From Vicinamibacterales bacterium (lineage in GTDB: Bacteria; Acidobacteriota; Vicinamibacteria; Vicinamibacterales; UBA2999): 64,000 nucleotides of DNA. The first letter of the stretch is position 1. Each line of letters begins with the position of its first letter. The position numbers and the translations under genes were made by a program. Shown here one piece after another: positions 53,693 through 62,462 of the stretch. Where the stretch lies: contig JAWKHS010000014.1 of assembly GCA_041394705.1 (NCBI GenBank), positions 7,900 to 71,899 of the forward strand. Reading direction: 5' to 3'. The notes under the pieces are model-generated. The model was not told where the DNA came from. It searched no databases and worked only from the letters and a program-made list of their open reading frames with translations.

Positions 53693-54431
53693 CTGATGAG
53701 CCTCGTTCGAAAAGGGTCCCAGGATCATACCTGCGAGCCAGCCGTTCCGGCGAGACGCCGGCACCGTAGAGCCCGAGGGTCACCAGGTTTGCCGCACTCT
53801 GCCGCACCCAGCCCCGCGCCTCCCACCGCCGGGCCGAGGTCGTCAGCCCAAGGGTGAGATGTGCCAGGCGCCCCCGCCGTTTCAGGCGCCGGATGAACTC
53901 GACGTCTTCCATCAACGGGATCGGTTGGAACCCACCTAGGGACTGGAACACCGCGCGGCGCGCAAAGATTCCCTGGTCGCCGTACGGCAGATCGAACAGC
54001 CGCACCCGCAGCGCCACGCCCCGCTCCAGGAGCCGCGCCTGCCAGGCGTCGGAGTCCAGCCGGAAACGGAAGCTGCCGCCAGCCACCGCGGCCTCCGCGT
54101 TCAGGCCCCGGAACGCTCCGAGCCAGCCCGGCGGCAGGCCGCTGTCCGCGTGCACGAACCACAGCCAGGTCCCCGAGGCGGAGGCCGCGCCCCGGTTCAG
54201 TTGCGTCCCCCGGCCCGCGGGGCCCTCCACCCACAGGACGTCCGGCCGCGCTTCGCGGAGGGGACGGCTGCCGGCACGGGTCGCCCGGTCATCGGCCGAC
54301 GACACGATCACCTCCACGTCGGGCGCCGGCACCAGCTGCGCCAGGAGGCGCGCGAGCGGGACGGCGTCGCCGCGCACCGGAATCACGACGCTGACGAGCG
54401 GAGAAGGCCCCCCCACCGGCACCGCGCCCAT
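53670..54431 (-). CDS. Family-2 glycosyltransferase, TIGR04283-like
   Basis: [11 protein letters not shown]...[12 protein letters not shown]...[13 protein letters not shown]...[12 protein letters not shown] is the typical pattern of the GT2 partner of DUF2064 proteins. Confidence 0.75.
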   Translation of the reverse strand: MGAVPVGGPSPLVSVVIPVRGDAVPLARLLAQLVPAPDVEVIVSSADDRATRAGSRPLREARPDVLWVEGPAGRGTQLNRGAASASGTWLWFVHADSGLPPGWLGAFRGLNAEAAVAGGSFRFRLDSDAWQARLLERGVALRVRLFDLPYGDQGIFARRAVFQSLGGFQPIPLMEDVEFIRRLKRRGRLAHLTLGLTTSARRWEARGWVRQSAANLVTLGLYGAGVSPERLARRYDPGTLFERGSSDADQADA

Positions 54432-54445
54432 AGTACCGTCAGGCC

Positions 54446-55093
54446 ATGACCCCCCACGAGGTTGCCGAGCTCCTCTCGCTGACGGGACACGAGCTCCGGG
54501 CGCCCGCCGGTGTCATCGGCGGGTACCTGGGGCTGCTCGAAAAGCACGCCGACGCGCTGTCGCCGGCGGATCGGCGCGCCGTCGCGGGCGCGCGACGCGC
54601 GCAGGAGCTGATCGTCGAGCTCCTGGATCAGCTCCGACACGTGGCCGCCATCTGGTCGACCGACGGACGCCAGCGTCCGACGGCGCGGACGGCCGTCGCC
54701 GAGGTGGCCGCCCTCCTGCGATCCGGCGTGACCGACGTGGTCACGGAGGTGGCCTACGACGCGGCGTCGGTCGTGGGCGACGTGCCGCTGACGCGCGAGG
54801 AACTGGCGCTGGTGGTGGACGCGATGGCCCAGGTCGTCGTGCGCGAGCACGGCGGCGTGCTCCGCTGCCACGTCTGGCGCGATGCCGCGTCGGCCCACGT
54901 GGAGGTCACGACCACCGCACCCGCCCAGGACGCGCTGCCGCGCCCGCCGTTCTCGCGCTACCGGGGCGGCCTCGGCCTCGCGCTGGTCCGCGCGCACGCG
55001 CTCGTGGAGGGCGCCGCCGGGCAGATGGCGCCCATCGACGAGGCGTCGTCGCGCGGCATCCGGGCTACGCTGCCGCTGCTCCCATCCATGTGA
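54446..55093 (+). CDS. Stand-alone histidine-kinase-like protein (H-box present, ATPase domain short/degenerate, no sensor domain)
   Basis: The H-box is LSLTGHELRAPAGVIGGYLGLL. The C-terminal part has a G2-like GGLGLALVRA. I could not find a clear N-box or a DxGxG G1 box. Confidence 0.5.
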   Translation: MTPHEVAELLSLTGHELRAPAGVIGGYLGLLEKHADALSPADRRAVAGARRAQELIVELLDQLRHVAAIWSTDGRQRPTARTAVAEVAALLRSGVTDVVTEVAYDAASVVGDVPLTREELALVVDAMAQVVVREHGGVLRCHVWRDAASAHVEVTTTAPAQDALPRPPFSRYRGGLGLALVRAHALVEGAAGQMAPIDEASSRGIRATLPLLPSM

Positions 55094-56114
55094 GCACGCG
55101 GTCGCGCAGCGCCGTCACCGGCACCAGGCGGCGGAAGTACATCGACGCCACCGCCATCACGCCGTAGCACACGAGGATCCGCACGGCCGACTGCGCCACC
55201 ATCGACCAGTCGGCCATGAGCGGGTCGAGCGCGTACATCACGGGCATGTGCGCGACGAACACGAAGACGGTCTGGGCCGACAGGAACTCGGCCGCGTGCG
55301 ACGGCCCGAGCCGCCGCGTCAGGTGGTAGAGCCCCCAGCACGTGCCCAGGTAGAGCGTCGACACGGCCGCCGACAGCACCAGGCGCATGCCCGTCGACGT
55401 CCCGCCGGTGACAGGCCGAAACGGCCCGAACATGTCGAGCGGGATGCCCAGCGCGGGCTGGGCGACGAGCCACGCCAGGCCCAGCACCACGAGCGCCCAG
55501 CCGAGCGCGCCGCCCTTCACGGGCGTCGCCGGGCCGGCCATCGCCGCCTGCCCGGCCGCGCGGCCCAGCAGGAAGCACCCGAACCAGTTCGGCAGGATCA
55601 TGTACGCCTGGAACCCTCCCAGGTGGTCCCAGGCGTAGGCCCGCACGGCGATCTCGACGGCGAGCGTGCCCACGAGGACGGGAGTCGTCACCGTCACATG
55701 CCGGAACAGCAGCGCCCACGCCACGATCAGGTGGATGTAGGTGCCGATGTACCAGGTGGTGGGATTCGCCGGGAAGTTGTTCACGAGCACGTTGGCGCCG
55801 AAGACCAGCGGCGTGAAGTTGCTGAGCCTGGCGCCGCCGTCCACCGCGAGCCCGATGACCGACAGGAGCACGGCGAAGAGCCCGCCAACGAACATGATCT
55901 CGAACAGCCGGCGGACCACGACGGTGCCCACGGGCCGGCGCTCCGACGCCAGCGAGTAGCCGGCCACGAACACGAACAGCGCCACGCCCAGCTGCTTGGG
56001 AAAGATCGGCGGGAAGTACTCGTTGATCGTCCACCCCGCCACGTGCCCGTAGACGACCAGCGTGATGCCGATGGCCTTGAGCCAGTCGATGAACGCCAGC
56101 CGTTCCCGGCTCAC
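55065..56114 (-). CDS. Acyltransferase family 3 (integral membrane O-acyltransferase)
   Basis: IDWLKAIGITLVVYGHV is the family-3 N-terminal motif. About 10 TM segments. It overlaps the upstream gene by 4 nt. Confidence 0.8.
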   Translation of the reverse strand: MSRERLAFIDWLKAIGITLVVYGHVAGWTINEYFPPIFPKQLGVALFVFVAGYSLASERRPVGTVVVRRLFEIMFVGGLFAVLLSVIGLAVDGGARLSNFTPLVFGANVLVNNFPANPTTWYIGTYIHLIVAWALLFRHVTVTTPVLVGTLAVEIAVRAYAWDHLGGFQAYMILPNWFGCFLLGRAAGQAAMAGPATPVKGGALGWALVVLGLAWLVAQPALGIPLDMFGPFRPVTGGTSTGMRLVLSAAVSTLYLGTCWGLYHLTRRLGPSHAAEFLSAQTVFVFVAHMPVMYALDPLMADWSMVAQSAVRILVCYGVMAVASMYFRRLVPVTALRDRVLTWMGAAAA

Positions 56115-56737
56115 GCCGTCGCTCCCGCCTCCGACGCGGACGCCGGCGAGGGCCAGTCGATCTTGCGGACGAAGCGGGCGGGATTGCCTGCCACGACGAT
56201 GCCGCCCGGCACCGGCGCCGACACGACCGCGCCGGCCGTGACGAGCGACCGCGGCCCCACGTCGTTCATGATGATCGCGCCCTCCCCCACCAGCACGTGC
56301 TCGCCGATGGCCACGATCCGGAGCTTGTCCACGTGGTACGGCGTCCAGCGGCCGTCGGGACCCGGCTCGTGGAGCTCGGTACCGGACAGCACGCTCGCGC
56401 GGCTGCCGATCGAGCAGCCGTCGCCGAGGCGGGCGGCGCCGACGAGCGCGTAGTGGCCCACGTAGACACTGCTGCCCACCTGCGCCACGCGGTGGGTGAA
56501 GAAGGCGCCGTGGTTGACGTACAGATTGGGGCCGCAGGAGGCGAGCGTGGACTCGTAGAACGCCGCGCGCAGGAACACGCCGGGCCGGCCCGGCATCCCC
56601 GCCAGCGCCTGGGCGCAGAAGGCGAAGGCGCCCTCCCCCGTCGGTACGACCGCGCGCTCCAGGGCGCAGAGCGCCGTGAGCGGCAGCACCGCGAGGCGGG
56701 CGGCGAACGACGACAGCTGTTTGAGGAGGGGTCGCAC
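56111..56737 (-). CDS. Left-handed beta-helix (hexapeptide-repeat) acyl/acetyltransferase
   Basis: Hexapeptide repeats (VGSSVYVGHYALVGAARLGDGCSIGSRASVL..., IGEHVLVGEGAIIMNDVG) and C-terminal GNPARFVRK. Confidence 0.8.
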   Translation of the reverse strand: MRPLLKQLSSFAARLAVLPLTALCALERAVVPTGEGAFAFCAQALAGMPGRPGVFLRAAFYESTLASCGPNLYVNHGAFFTHRVAQVGSSVYVGHYALVGAARLGDGCSIGSRASVLSGTELHEPGPDGRWTPYHVDKLRIVAIGEHVLVGEGAIIMNDVGPRSLVTAGAVVSAPVPGGIVVAGNPARFVRKIDWPSPASASEAGATA

Positions 56738-56768
56738 GGCGTGGGTGGCGGCCTGGCCGCCCCTAACC

Positions 56769-58100
56769 TTATCGCAAGCGCTTGAACCGTTCCGAGTAGA
56801 GCACGTCGTCGGTCACCTTGATGCGGGTCGGCACCTTGTAGCCCTCGAGTTTCGCCGCACAGGCCGCACGCACGCGCGCCTTGAGCTGGGGCAGCGGTTC
56901 CGGCGTCTTCAACCGGAGCGTGGCGACGACGATCTGCCCGGTGATGGCGTTGGCCTCTCCCTCCACGACCGCGTCGGCCACGTTGTCGAGCGTGAGGAGC
57001 ACGCTCTCGACCTCCGCCGGGTAGACCTTGGCGCCGCCCACGTTGATGATGTCGCTCTTCCGGCCCAGGATCCGGAGCCACTCCCCGTCCTGCTCCACGA
57101 GGTCGCCCGTGTCGAGGAAGCCGTCGGGCGAGAACGGACTCGGCGCGTTCAGGTAGCCGAGCATGGCGGACTCGGCGCGAATCCAGAGCCGCCCGTCCAC
57201 GATCTTGGTCTCGTAGCCCTCGCCGCCGACGCGCACCCACAGCGAGTCGTTGCCCCGAGACTGCGACCGCAGGATCCCGACCTCCGACAGTCCGTAGGTC
57301 TGCTGCAGCTTCACGCCGGGCAGCTCCTGGTGCACGAGCGCCAGCGTGCTCTCGGGCATCGGCTCGGTGCCGTAGGTGACCAGTTGGAGCGAGGACAGAT
57401 CGTGGCGGCGATGCGCCCCGGAGAGCATCAGCAGGTTCAGGAACGTCGGCGAGGTCGGCAGGAGCTCCACCCGGTGGGCGGCAATGGCCTCGCAGACGGC
57501 GTCCGGCGTCCTGGCGGCGGCCACCACGCAGGCGCCGCCGTTGGACAGCGTGTAGAAGAGCGTGTTGACGCCGCCGATGTGATCGAGCTGCAGGAACACC
57601 AGCGTCCGGAAGGCGCGCTTGCGCACGCGGAACTTGCGGAGCAGCCGCTCCAGGTCGTGGACGACGCCCTTCGGCGCCCCCGTGGACCCCGACGAGAAGA
57701 GCACCAGGCCGGGCACACCGCGCTCCCGAAGGGTCTGGTAGTGCGCGTGCGTCGCCGCGGCCCCGGTACGGGTCACGGTGACGCCGCCGTCGCCGACGGT
57801 CACCCGGACCTCCACCTCGCCGATCTCCAGGAACGAGGCGTGGTGGGCGCGGGCCGCGCGCGACAGCGGCACGATGAGACAGCACTCGGCCGTCAGCGCG
57901 ATGAACCAGGCCACGCCCTGCAGCCCGTACTCGGCCTCGAGCGACACCACGGTGCCGGCGCCCACGCCCTCGGCGGCCAGGCGCGCCCGCGCGTCGGCCA
58001 CCGCCTGCAGCAGCGTGGCGCCCGAATGCGCCCGGGGCCCCTCGGCGATGGCCAGGCGCTCGGGCGCCTCGCCCACGGCATCGATCAACACGTCCACCAT
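56769..58100 (-). CDS. AMP-dependent synthetase/ligase (adenylate-forming, acyl-ACP/CoA ligase-like)
   Basis: ATG at 58100 overlaps the SDR stop (TGATG). Motifs are the AMP-binding box LFSSGSTGAPKGV, YGLSE, DTGD, GRKSDIINVGGAKVYPAEVE and the terminal K in KVP. Confidence 0.85.
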   Translation of the reverse strand: MVDVLIDAVGEAPERLAIAEGPRAHSGATLLQAVADARARLAAEGVGAGTVVSLEAEYGLQGVAWFIALTAECCLIVPLSRAARAHHASFLEIGEVEVRVTVGDGGVTVTRTGAAATHAHYQTLRERGVPGLVLFSSGSTGAPKGVVHDLERLLRKFRVRKRAFRTLVFLQLDHIGGVNTLFYTLSNGGACVVAAARTPDAVCEAIAAHRVELLPTSPTFLNLLMLSGAHRRHDLSSLQLVTYGTEPMPESTLALVHQELPGVKLQQTYGLSEVGILRSQSRGNDSLWVRVGGEGYETKIVDGRLWIRAESAMLGYLNAPSPFSPDGFLDTGDLVEQDGEWLRILGRKSDIINVGGAKVYPAEVESVLLTLDNVADAVVEGEANAITGQIVVATLRLKTPEPLPQLKARVRAACAAKLEGYKVPTRIKVTDDVLYSERFKRLR

Positions 58101-58801
58101 CAGCTGAACCCACCCAGATAGACGACCTGCCCGGTGACCATCCCGCTTTCGGGCCGCGCGAAGAACTCGACCACGTTGTACACGTCGTCCGCCGTCGCCC
58201 AGCCCGGGCGGGGCTGGCGCTGGACCAGCTTCTCGATGGTCGCTTCCGGCACGTTGGCCGTCAGCCTCGTCTTGATCGGCGACGGCCCGACGGCGTTGCA
58301 GGTGATGCCCCAGCCGCCGACTTCCTTCGCGGTGACGCGCGTGAGCATCTCGACGGCGGCCTTCGAGGCCGCGTAGATGGCTTCGCCCTCCAGACGCAGC
58401 GGCACGGCCACGGTGGAGAGGTTGATGATGCGGGGCGCCGTCGACTGGCGCAACAGCCGGATCGCCTGCGTGGTGCAGAAGAACGTGCCGAGCACGTTGG
58501 TCTCCAGCACGCGGCGGGCGTCGTCGGCCGGCGTGAGCGCGACCACGTTCATCCGGGCGATGCCGGCGTTGTTCACGAGGATGTCGAGACCGCCGGCGTC
58601 CTTGCGGATGGCCCGGAACATCTCGCGCACGGCGTCGGCGTCGCCGACGTCCAGGGCGAAGTGCCGGTAGCGCTCGTGCGCGGGCGCGTCGGTGGTCCGG
58701 CCGCACCCGAAGACGCGATCGCCGGCGGCCAGGAACTTCTCGACCAGCGCGGCGCCGATGCCTCGCGACGCCCCCGTCACGAGGACCCGGCGCGCGGTCA
58801 C
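58100..58801 (-). CDS. SDR family oxidoreductase (FabG-like)
   Basis: GTG start. Cofactor motif VTGASRGIG, then NNAG and the catalytic Y-x3-K (YAASKAAV). Confidence 0.85.
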   Translation of the reverse strand: MTARRVLVTGASRGIGAALVEKFLAAGDRVFGCGRTTDAPAHERYRHFALDVGDADAVREMFRAIRKDAGGLDILVNNAGIARMNVVALTPADDARRVLETNVLGTFFCTTQAIRLLRQSTAPRIINLSTVAVPLRLEGEAIYAASKAAVEMLTRVTAKEVGGWGITCNAVGPSPIKTRLTANVPEATIEKLVQRQPRPGWATADDVYNVVEFFARPESGMVTGQVVYLGGFS

Positions 58802-59094
58802 GAGCGGGGCTCCAGCAGCCCGCCGATGTACTGCACGAGCGCCGGCACGTCGCGGAACGGGCTCTGCCGCTGGGACATGGCCCGGGCGTCGCTGAGCTCC
58901 ACCTCGACGCCCTCGTCCCTGAGCGCGTCCTCGATGTCCACCAGGAGGGCGACGAGCCCCAGCGAGTCGAGCGGGCTGCCGGGGGCGAAGATTGGTGCGT
59001 CGGCCGCCACCGCGAGCTGCTTCGACGCCTCCCGCGCCAGGTTCGCGTTCGTGAGGGCTCCCAGGACGACTTGCTCGATCCGCTCTCGTGTCAC
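58798..59094 (-). CDS. Acyl carrier protein
   Basis: 98 aa with a GTG start. The phosphopantetheine attachment context is LDSLGLVALLVDIE. It overlaps the SDR start by 4 nt. Confidence 0.8.
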   Translation of the reverse strand: MTRERIEQVVLGALTNANLAREASKQLAVAADAPIFAPGSPLDSLGLVALLVDIEDALRDEGVEVELSDARAMSQRQSPFRDVPALVQYIGGLLEPRS

Positions 59095-59203
59095 GACGGT
59101 GTGTCTCCGTTCCAGCTATCGGTTCGACCTCACGGGCCGGACACGGCCCGCCCGGGCACGCCGAGGCCCTGTCCTGCCCGGACCTGCGCGGGGGCGCGCG
59201 GGA

Positions 59204-60754
59204 CTATCGCAGCGCGTCGAGGGACTTGCCGCGCGCGATCTCCCGGCCCACGCATCGCTCGGCACGGGCGACGGCCTCGAGCTGCGCGCCGCCCGAGACC
59301 GGACGCAGCAGCTCGGCCTCGCTCGGACACTGGACGCGCGGGTCCCGCGGCGTGGGGAGCGGAGCCTGCCGCGAGTAGTAGGCCGCCGCGCCGATTCTGA
59401 CCCATGCGGGCGCGTCGGCGAGGGGCGGCCCGAGCACGGCCGACGCCACCTCGAAGCGGAGCGTCGACTCCAGGGCGCCGCGGTCGCGCAGCGCCCCGAG
59501 GGGCGCCACGTCGATCGCGGTGCCGACCGTCGCGCCGTACACCCACCACGGCTGCCCGGTCGCCAGTCCGAAGGCCTCGCGCGAGGCGTGGGCCGTGATG
59601 GTGAGGAGGGCGGGCGCGTCCACCTCCGCGCGCGCGGCCACGTCGTCGCGCGTGTGCCGGACGAGCGCAAGCAGCGCGTCGCGCTCGCCTTCGTCGTCGG
59701 GCGGCAGCGCCAGGTGGACGTCGGCCGGCATCCGGGGCGCGGGGGTGGCGCGGGCCGGGCCTGCCGGCGTTCGCGGGGTCGGCGGCGCCGCCGGCACCGC
59801 GGAGGCGACGGTCGCCGGCGCCGACACCCGCCCCGCCACGGCCTCGCCGGCGAGCGGCGCCGGGCCGACGCGGAGATCGCGGAAGTAGGCGCGCAGGATG
59901 GCGGCCGTGGACTCGCCGCGCGCGGCCCGGTTGCCCGCGCACACGACGCCGAATCCCACGCCGTGGCCGTAGCCGACCCCGGAGAAACGGTAGCCGCTCG
60001 ACGAACGCGCCACCTCGAACGCGGTGCTGCGGAGCACCCGGACATCCAGCGTGCGCCCGAGGGCCATGCGCAGCTCGTGGGCCGAAATCGTGTCGGGCGT
60101 GAACCCGTCGACGCGCAAGGTCCCGGCCCGATCCGACGGCGTCCGCGACAGCACCGACAGCCCGCGCAGACGGCGGCCCGTGGCGCCGGCCGCGCGCAGC
60201 GCGCGCTCGAGGTCGGCGGTCGTGATCTCGGACGTCCAGCCCGGTTCGGCGGTGCACGCGTCGTCGGTGGGCGCCGCAGGCGCATAGTCCTTGGCGCCCG
60301 GCCAGACCTCCGAGGCCAGCGCGGGCCGCCCGCCATTGCTGGCCGAGTAGAACACGAAGGCCGGCCGTCCCCCGTCGAGCAGCACCCGACCGGCCGTGGC
60401 CAGCGCCGCCGCACGTGCGGCCGGGAGCGTGGGACGCAGCACCTGGCAGTGCGTCGTGTCGCACAGGTCGTAGCCCTCGGCCCGGTGGCGGTGCAGGTTC
60501 GCCGCCGCGAAGGTGCGGATGACGATGGCCAGGGCTTCCTGGGCCGCCGCGCCCGCGGTCGGCTGGCCCTCGCCGGACAGGACGGCGGCCACGTAGTCCT
60601 CGAGCGGCATGGTCTCGACGCGCACCCGGCCGCCCGGGACGCTCACGCCGACCCTGACGGTCTGCGGAACGACGGAATCGGCGGGCGCGGCGGCGAGGGT
60701 CGCCGCGGCGCCGACCAGCAGCCACGCGGCGGCCGGGCGGACGCGGCCCCTCAC
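59204..60754 (-). CDS. SpoIID/LytB domain protein with a ~250-aa C-terminal extension
   Basis: Candidate GTG at 60754 overlaps the SET stop as GTGA and gives VRGRVRPAAAWLLVGAAATLAAAP, a good signal peptide. An alternative ATG at 60787 would overlap the SET gene by 37 nt. SpoIID motifs are YVAAVLSGE, YDLCDTTHCQV and FYSASNGG. Confidence 0.8.
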   Translation of the reverse strand: MRGRVRPAAAWLLVGAAATLAAAPADSVVPQTVRVGVSVPGGRVRVETMPLEDYVAAVLSGEGQPTAGAAAQEALAIVIRTFAAANLHRHRAEGYDLCDTTHCQVLRPTLPAARAAALATAGRVLLDGGRPAFVFYSASNGGRPALASEVWPGAKDYAPAAPTDDACTAEPGWTSEITTADLERALRAAGATGRRLRGLSVLSRTPSDRAGTLRVDGFTPDTISAHELRMALGRTLDVRVLRSTAFEVARSSSGYRFSGVGYGHGVGFGVVCAGNRAARGESTAAILRAYFRDLRVGPAPLAGEAVAGRVSAPATVASAVPAAPPTPRTPAGPARATPAPRMPADVHLALPPDDEGERDALLALVRHTRDDVAARAEVDAPALLTITAHASREAFGLATGQPWWVYGATVGTAIDVAPLGALRDRGALESTLRFEVASAVLGPPLADAPAWVRIGAAAYYSRQAPLPTPRDPRVQCPSEAELLRPVSGGAQLEAVARAERCVGREIARGKSLDALR

Positions 60755-61167
60755 AGCTTGGTCGTGCAGCCGGGTCGGCAGCGACATGGGATCGTCTTGT
60801 CGCCCTCGGTGTTGTAGTCGTAGGTGAGCTCGTCGCCCGGCTTGATGTTCTTCGACGCGCGGATCCAGATGGTCTGGCCGTCCACGGCGCTGTAGCAGTT
60901 CGGCCGGCACGAGTGGTTGATGAACCGGGCGACGTTGCCGCCGACGTTGGCGTCGCGCGACCACTTGCGGTTCACGCGGAAGACCCAGATGCACCCCTGG
61001 TTGAGATACCGGTCCTCGCGCTTCTCGCTCTGCTTGTTGTCGATGAGCTCACCGGCGTAGTCGACGATGATCTTGTTCTTGTTGATGGGCTCGGCGGCGA
61101 ACACGCCCCAACCGTGCAGCTTCGAGCGCTTTCGGACGATCTTGGGAAAATACAGCGACGACGGCAT
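60751..61167 (-). CDS. SET-domain protein lysine methyltransferase with post-SET Cys cluster
   Basis: ATG at 61167; the ORF track starts at a TTG at 61173. Motifs are GWGVFA, RFINHSCRPNC, GDELTYDY and post-SET C-x-C-x4-C (CRCRPGC). Confidence 0.85.
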   Translation of the reverse strand: MPSSLYFPKIVRKRSKLHGWGVFAAEPINKNKIIVDYAGELIDNKQSEKREDRYLNQGCIWVFRVNRKWSRDANVGGNVARFINHSCRPNCYSAVDGQTIWIRASKNIKPGDELTYDYNTEGDKTIPCRCRPGCTTKL

Positions 61168-61286
61168 GCGCAACGTAGTGTAGCGGAGTCCGGTCGGCTT
61201 CGGCTATCCTTCCGGCCGGCGTGCCGGATCGGCGCGTCGGGCGCGGCGTGGACGGGCACGGCGACGACGCCGGACCCCATGCCGCC

Positions 61287-62462
61287 ATGGAGGCGCGTGT
61301 GCGACGGACTCTCGCGGCGGCACTGATTGGAACCCTCGTCCTCGGAGGCAGCATGACGGCGCAGGTGCAGCGATGGGCGGGACCCGCGCAGTTCCCCTTC
61401 AGCCAGGCCACCAGGGCCGACGGCCTCATCTACGTCGCCGGCACGATCGTGGCCGAGGGCGACATCAAGAACCAGACCGCCAAGGTCCTCCAGAGCATCG
61501 ACCAGACGCTGCAGAAGGCCGGGTCCAGCCTGGCCATGGCGGCGTCGATGCAGGTCTACATCAAGAGCGCCGGCGACTTCGCGGCCATGAACGAGGTGTA
61601 CCGGACGTTCTGGAAGGCGGACCCGCCGGCGCGGACCACGGTCGTGAGCGACTTCGTCGTGCCGAACGCCCTCATCGAGATCTCGGCCGTGGCCGTCCCG
61701 AACGGCGGCGATCGGCAGGTCATCCACCCGGCATCGTGGATGAAGTCGCCCAACCCGTACAGCTACGGCATCAAGTCGGGCAGCACGCTCTTCATGGCGG
61801 GCCTGGTGTCGCGCAACGGCAAGGACAACTCGGTCGTCGAGGGCCCGATGGGCGTCCAGACGAAGGCCGTGCTCGAGAACGCCGCCGAGATCCTCAAGGC
61901 CGCGGGCATGACCATCGACAACGTCGTCAGCTCGAAGGTGTTCATCACCGACGTGACGAAGTTCCAGGAGATGAACGAGGCCTACCGGGCGGTCTTCACC
62001 AAGGAGCCGCCGGCGCGCGCGACCGTCGTGGCGCCGCTCATGGGCGCCGCCAACGTGGTCGAGATCACGCTCACGGCCTCGAGCCTGCCCAAGCAGGTCT
62101 TCACGACCCCGGCGGCCGACGGATCGCCCGGCAAGCCGAGCCCGATCCTGAGCAGCGCCGTCAAGGTGGGCAACCGCCTGTACCTGTCGGGCCTCCTCGG
62201 CAACACCGCCGCCAACAAGGGCAACGCCGAGGCGCAGACGGCCGAACTCCTCGCGCGCGTGGGCCGCACGCTGCAGGTCGCTGGGTTCGGTTGGGGCGAC
62301 CTGGCCGACGCCGTCGTCTACCTGCCCAACACCGGTGACTTCGACGCCATGAACCGGAGCTACAGATCGGTCATCAAGGAGTTCCCCGCCCGCGCCGCCG
62401 TGAAGGCGGGCCTCGTCAGCGCCGACGGCATGCTCGAGATCATGTTCGTCGCGTCGAAGTAA
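61287..62462 (+). CDS. Secreted protein made of three tandem RidA/YjgF/Endoribonuclease-L-PSP domains
   Basis: ATG at 61287 gives a signal peptide MEARVRRTLAAALIGTLVLGGSMTAQV. Three ~120-aa units follow, each with the RidA pattern ending in PAR(T/A)xV...(V/I)E(I) (PPARTTVV..IEI, PPARATVV..VEI, FPARAAVK..LEI). Confidence 0.8.
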   Translation: MEARVRRTLAAALIGTLVLGGSMTAQVQRWAGPAQFPFSQATRADGLIYVAGTIVAEGDIKNQTAKVLQSIDQTLQKAGSSLAMAASMQVYIKSAGDFAAMNEVYRTFWKADPPARTTVVSDFVVPNALIEISAVAVPNGGDRQVIHPASWMKSPNPYSYGIKSGSTLFMAGLVSRNGKDNSVVEGPMGVQTKAVLENAAEILKAAGMTIDNVVSSKVFITDVTKFQEMNEAYRAVFTKEPPARATVVAPLMGAANVVEITLTASSLPKQVFTTPAADGSPGKPSPILSSAVKVGNRLYLSGLLGNTAANKGNAEAQTAELLARVGRTLQVAGFGWGDLADAVVYLPNTGDFDAMNRSYRSVIKEFPARAAVKAGLVSADGMLEIMFVASK

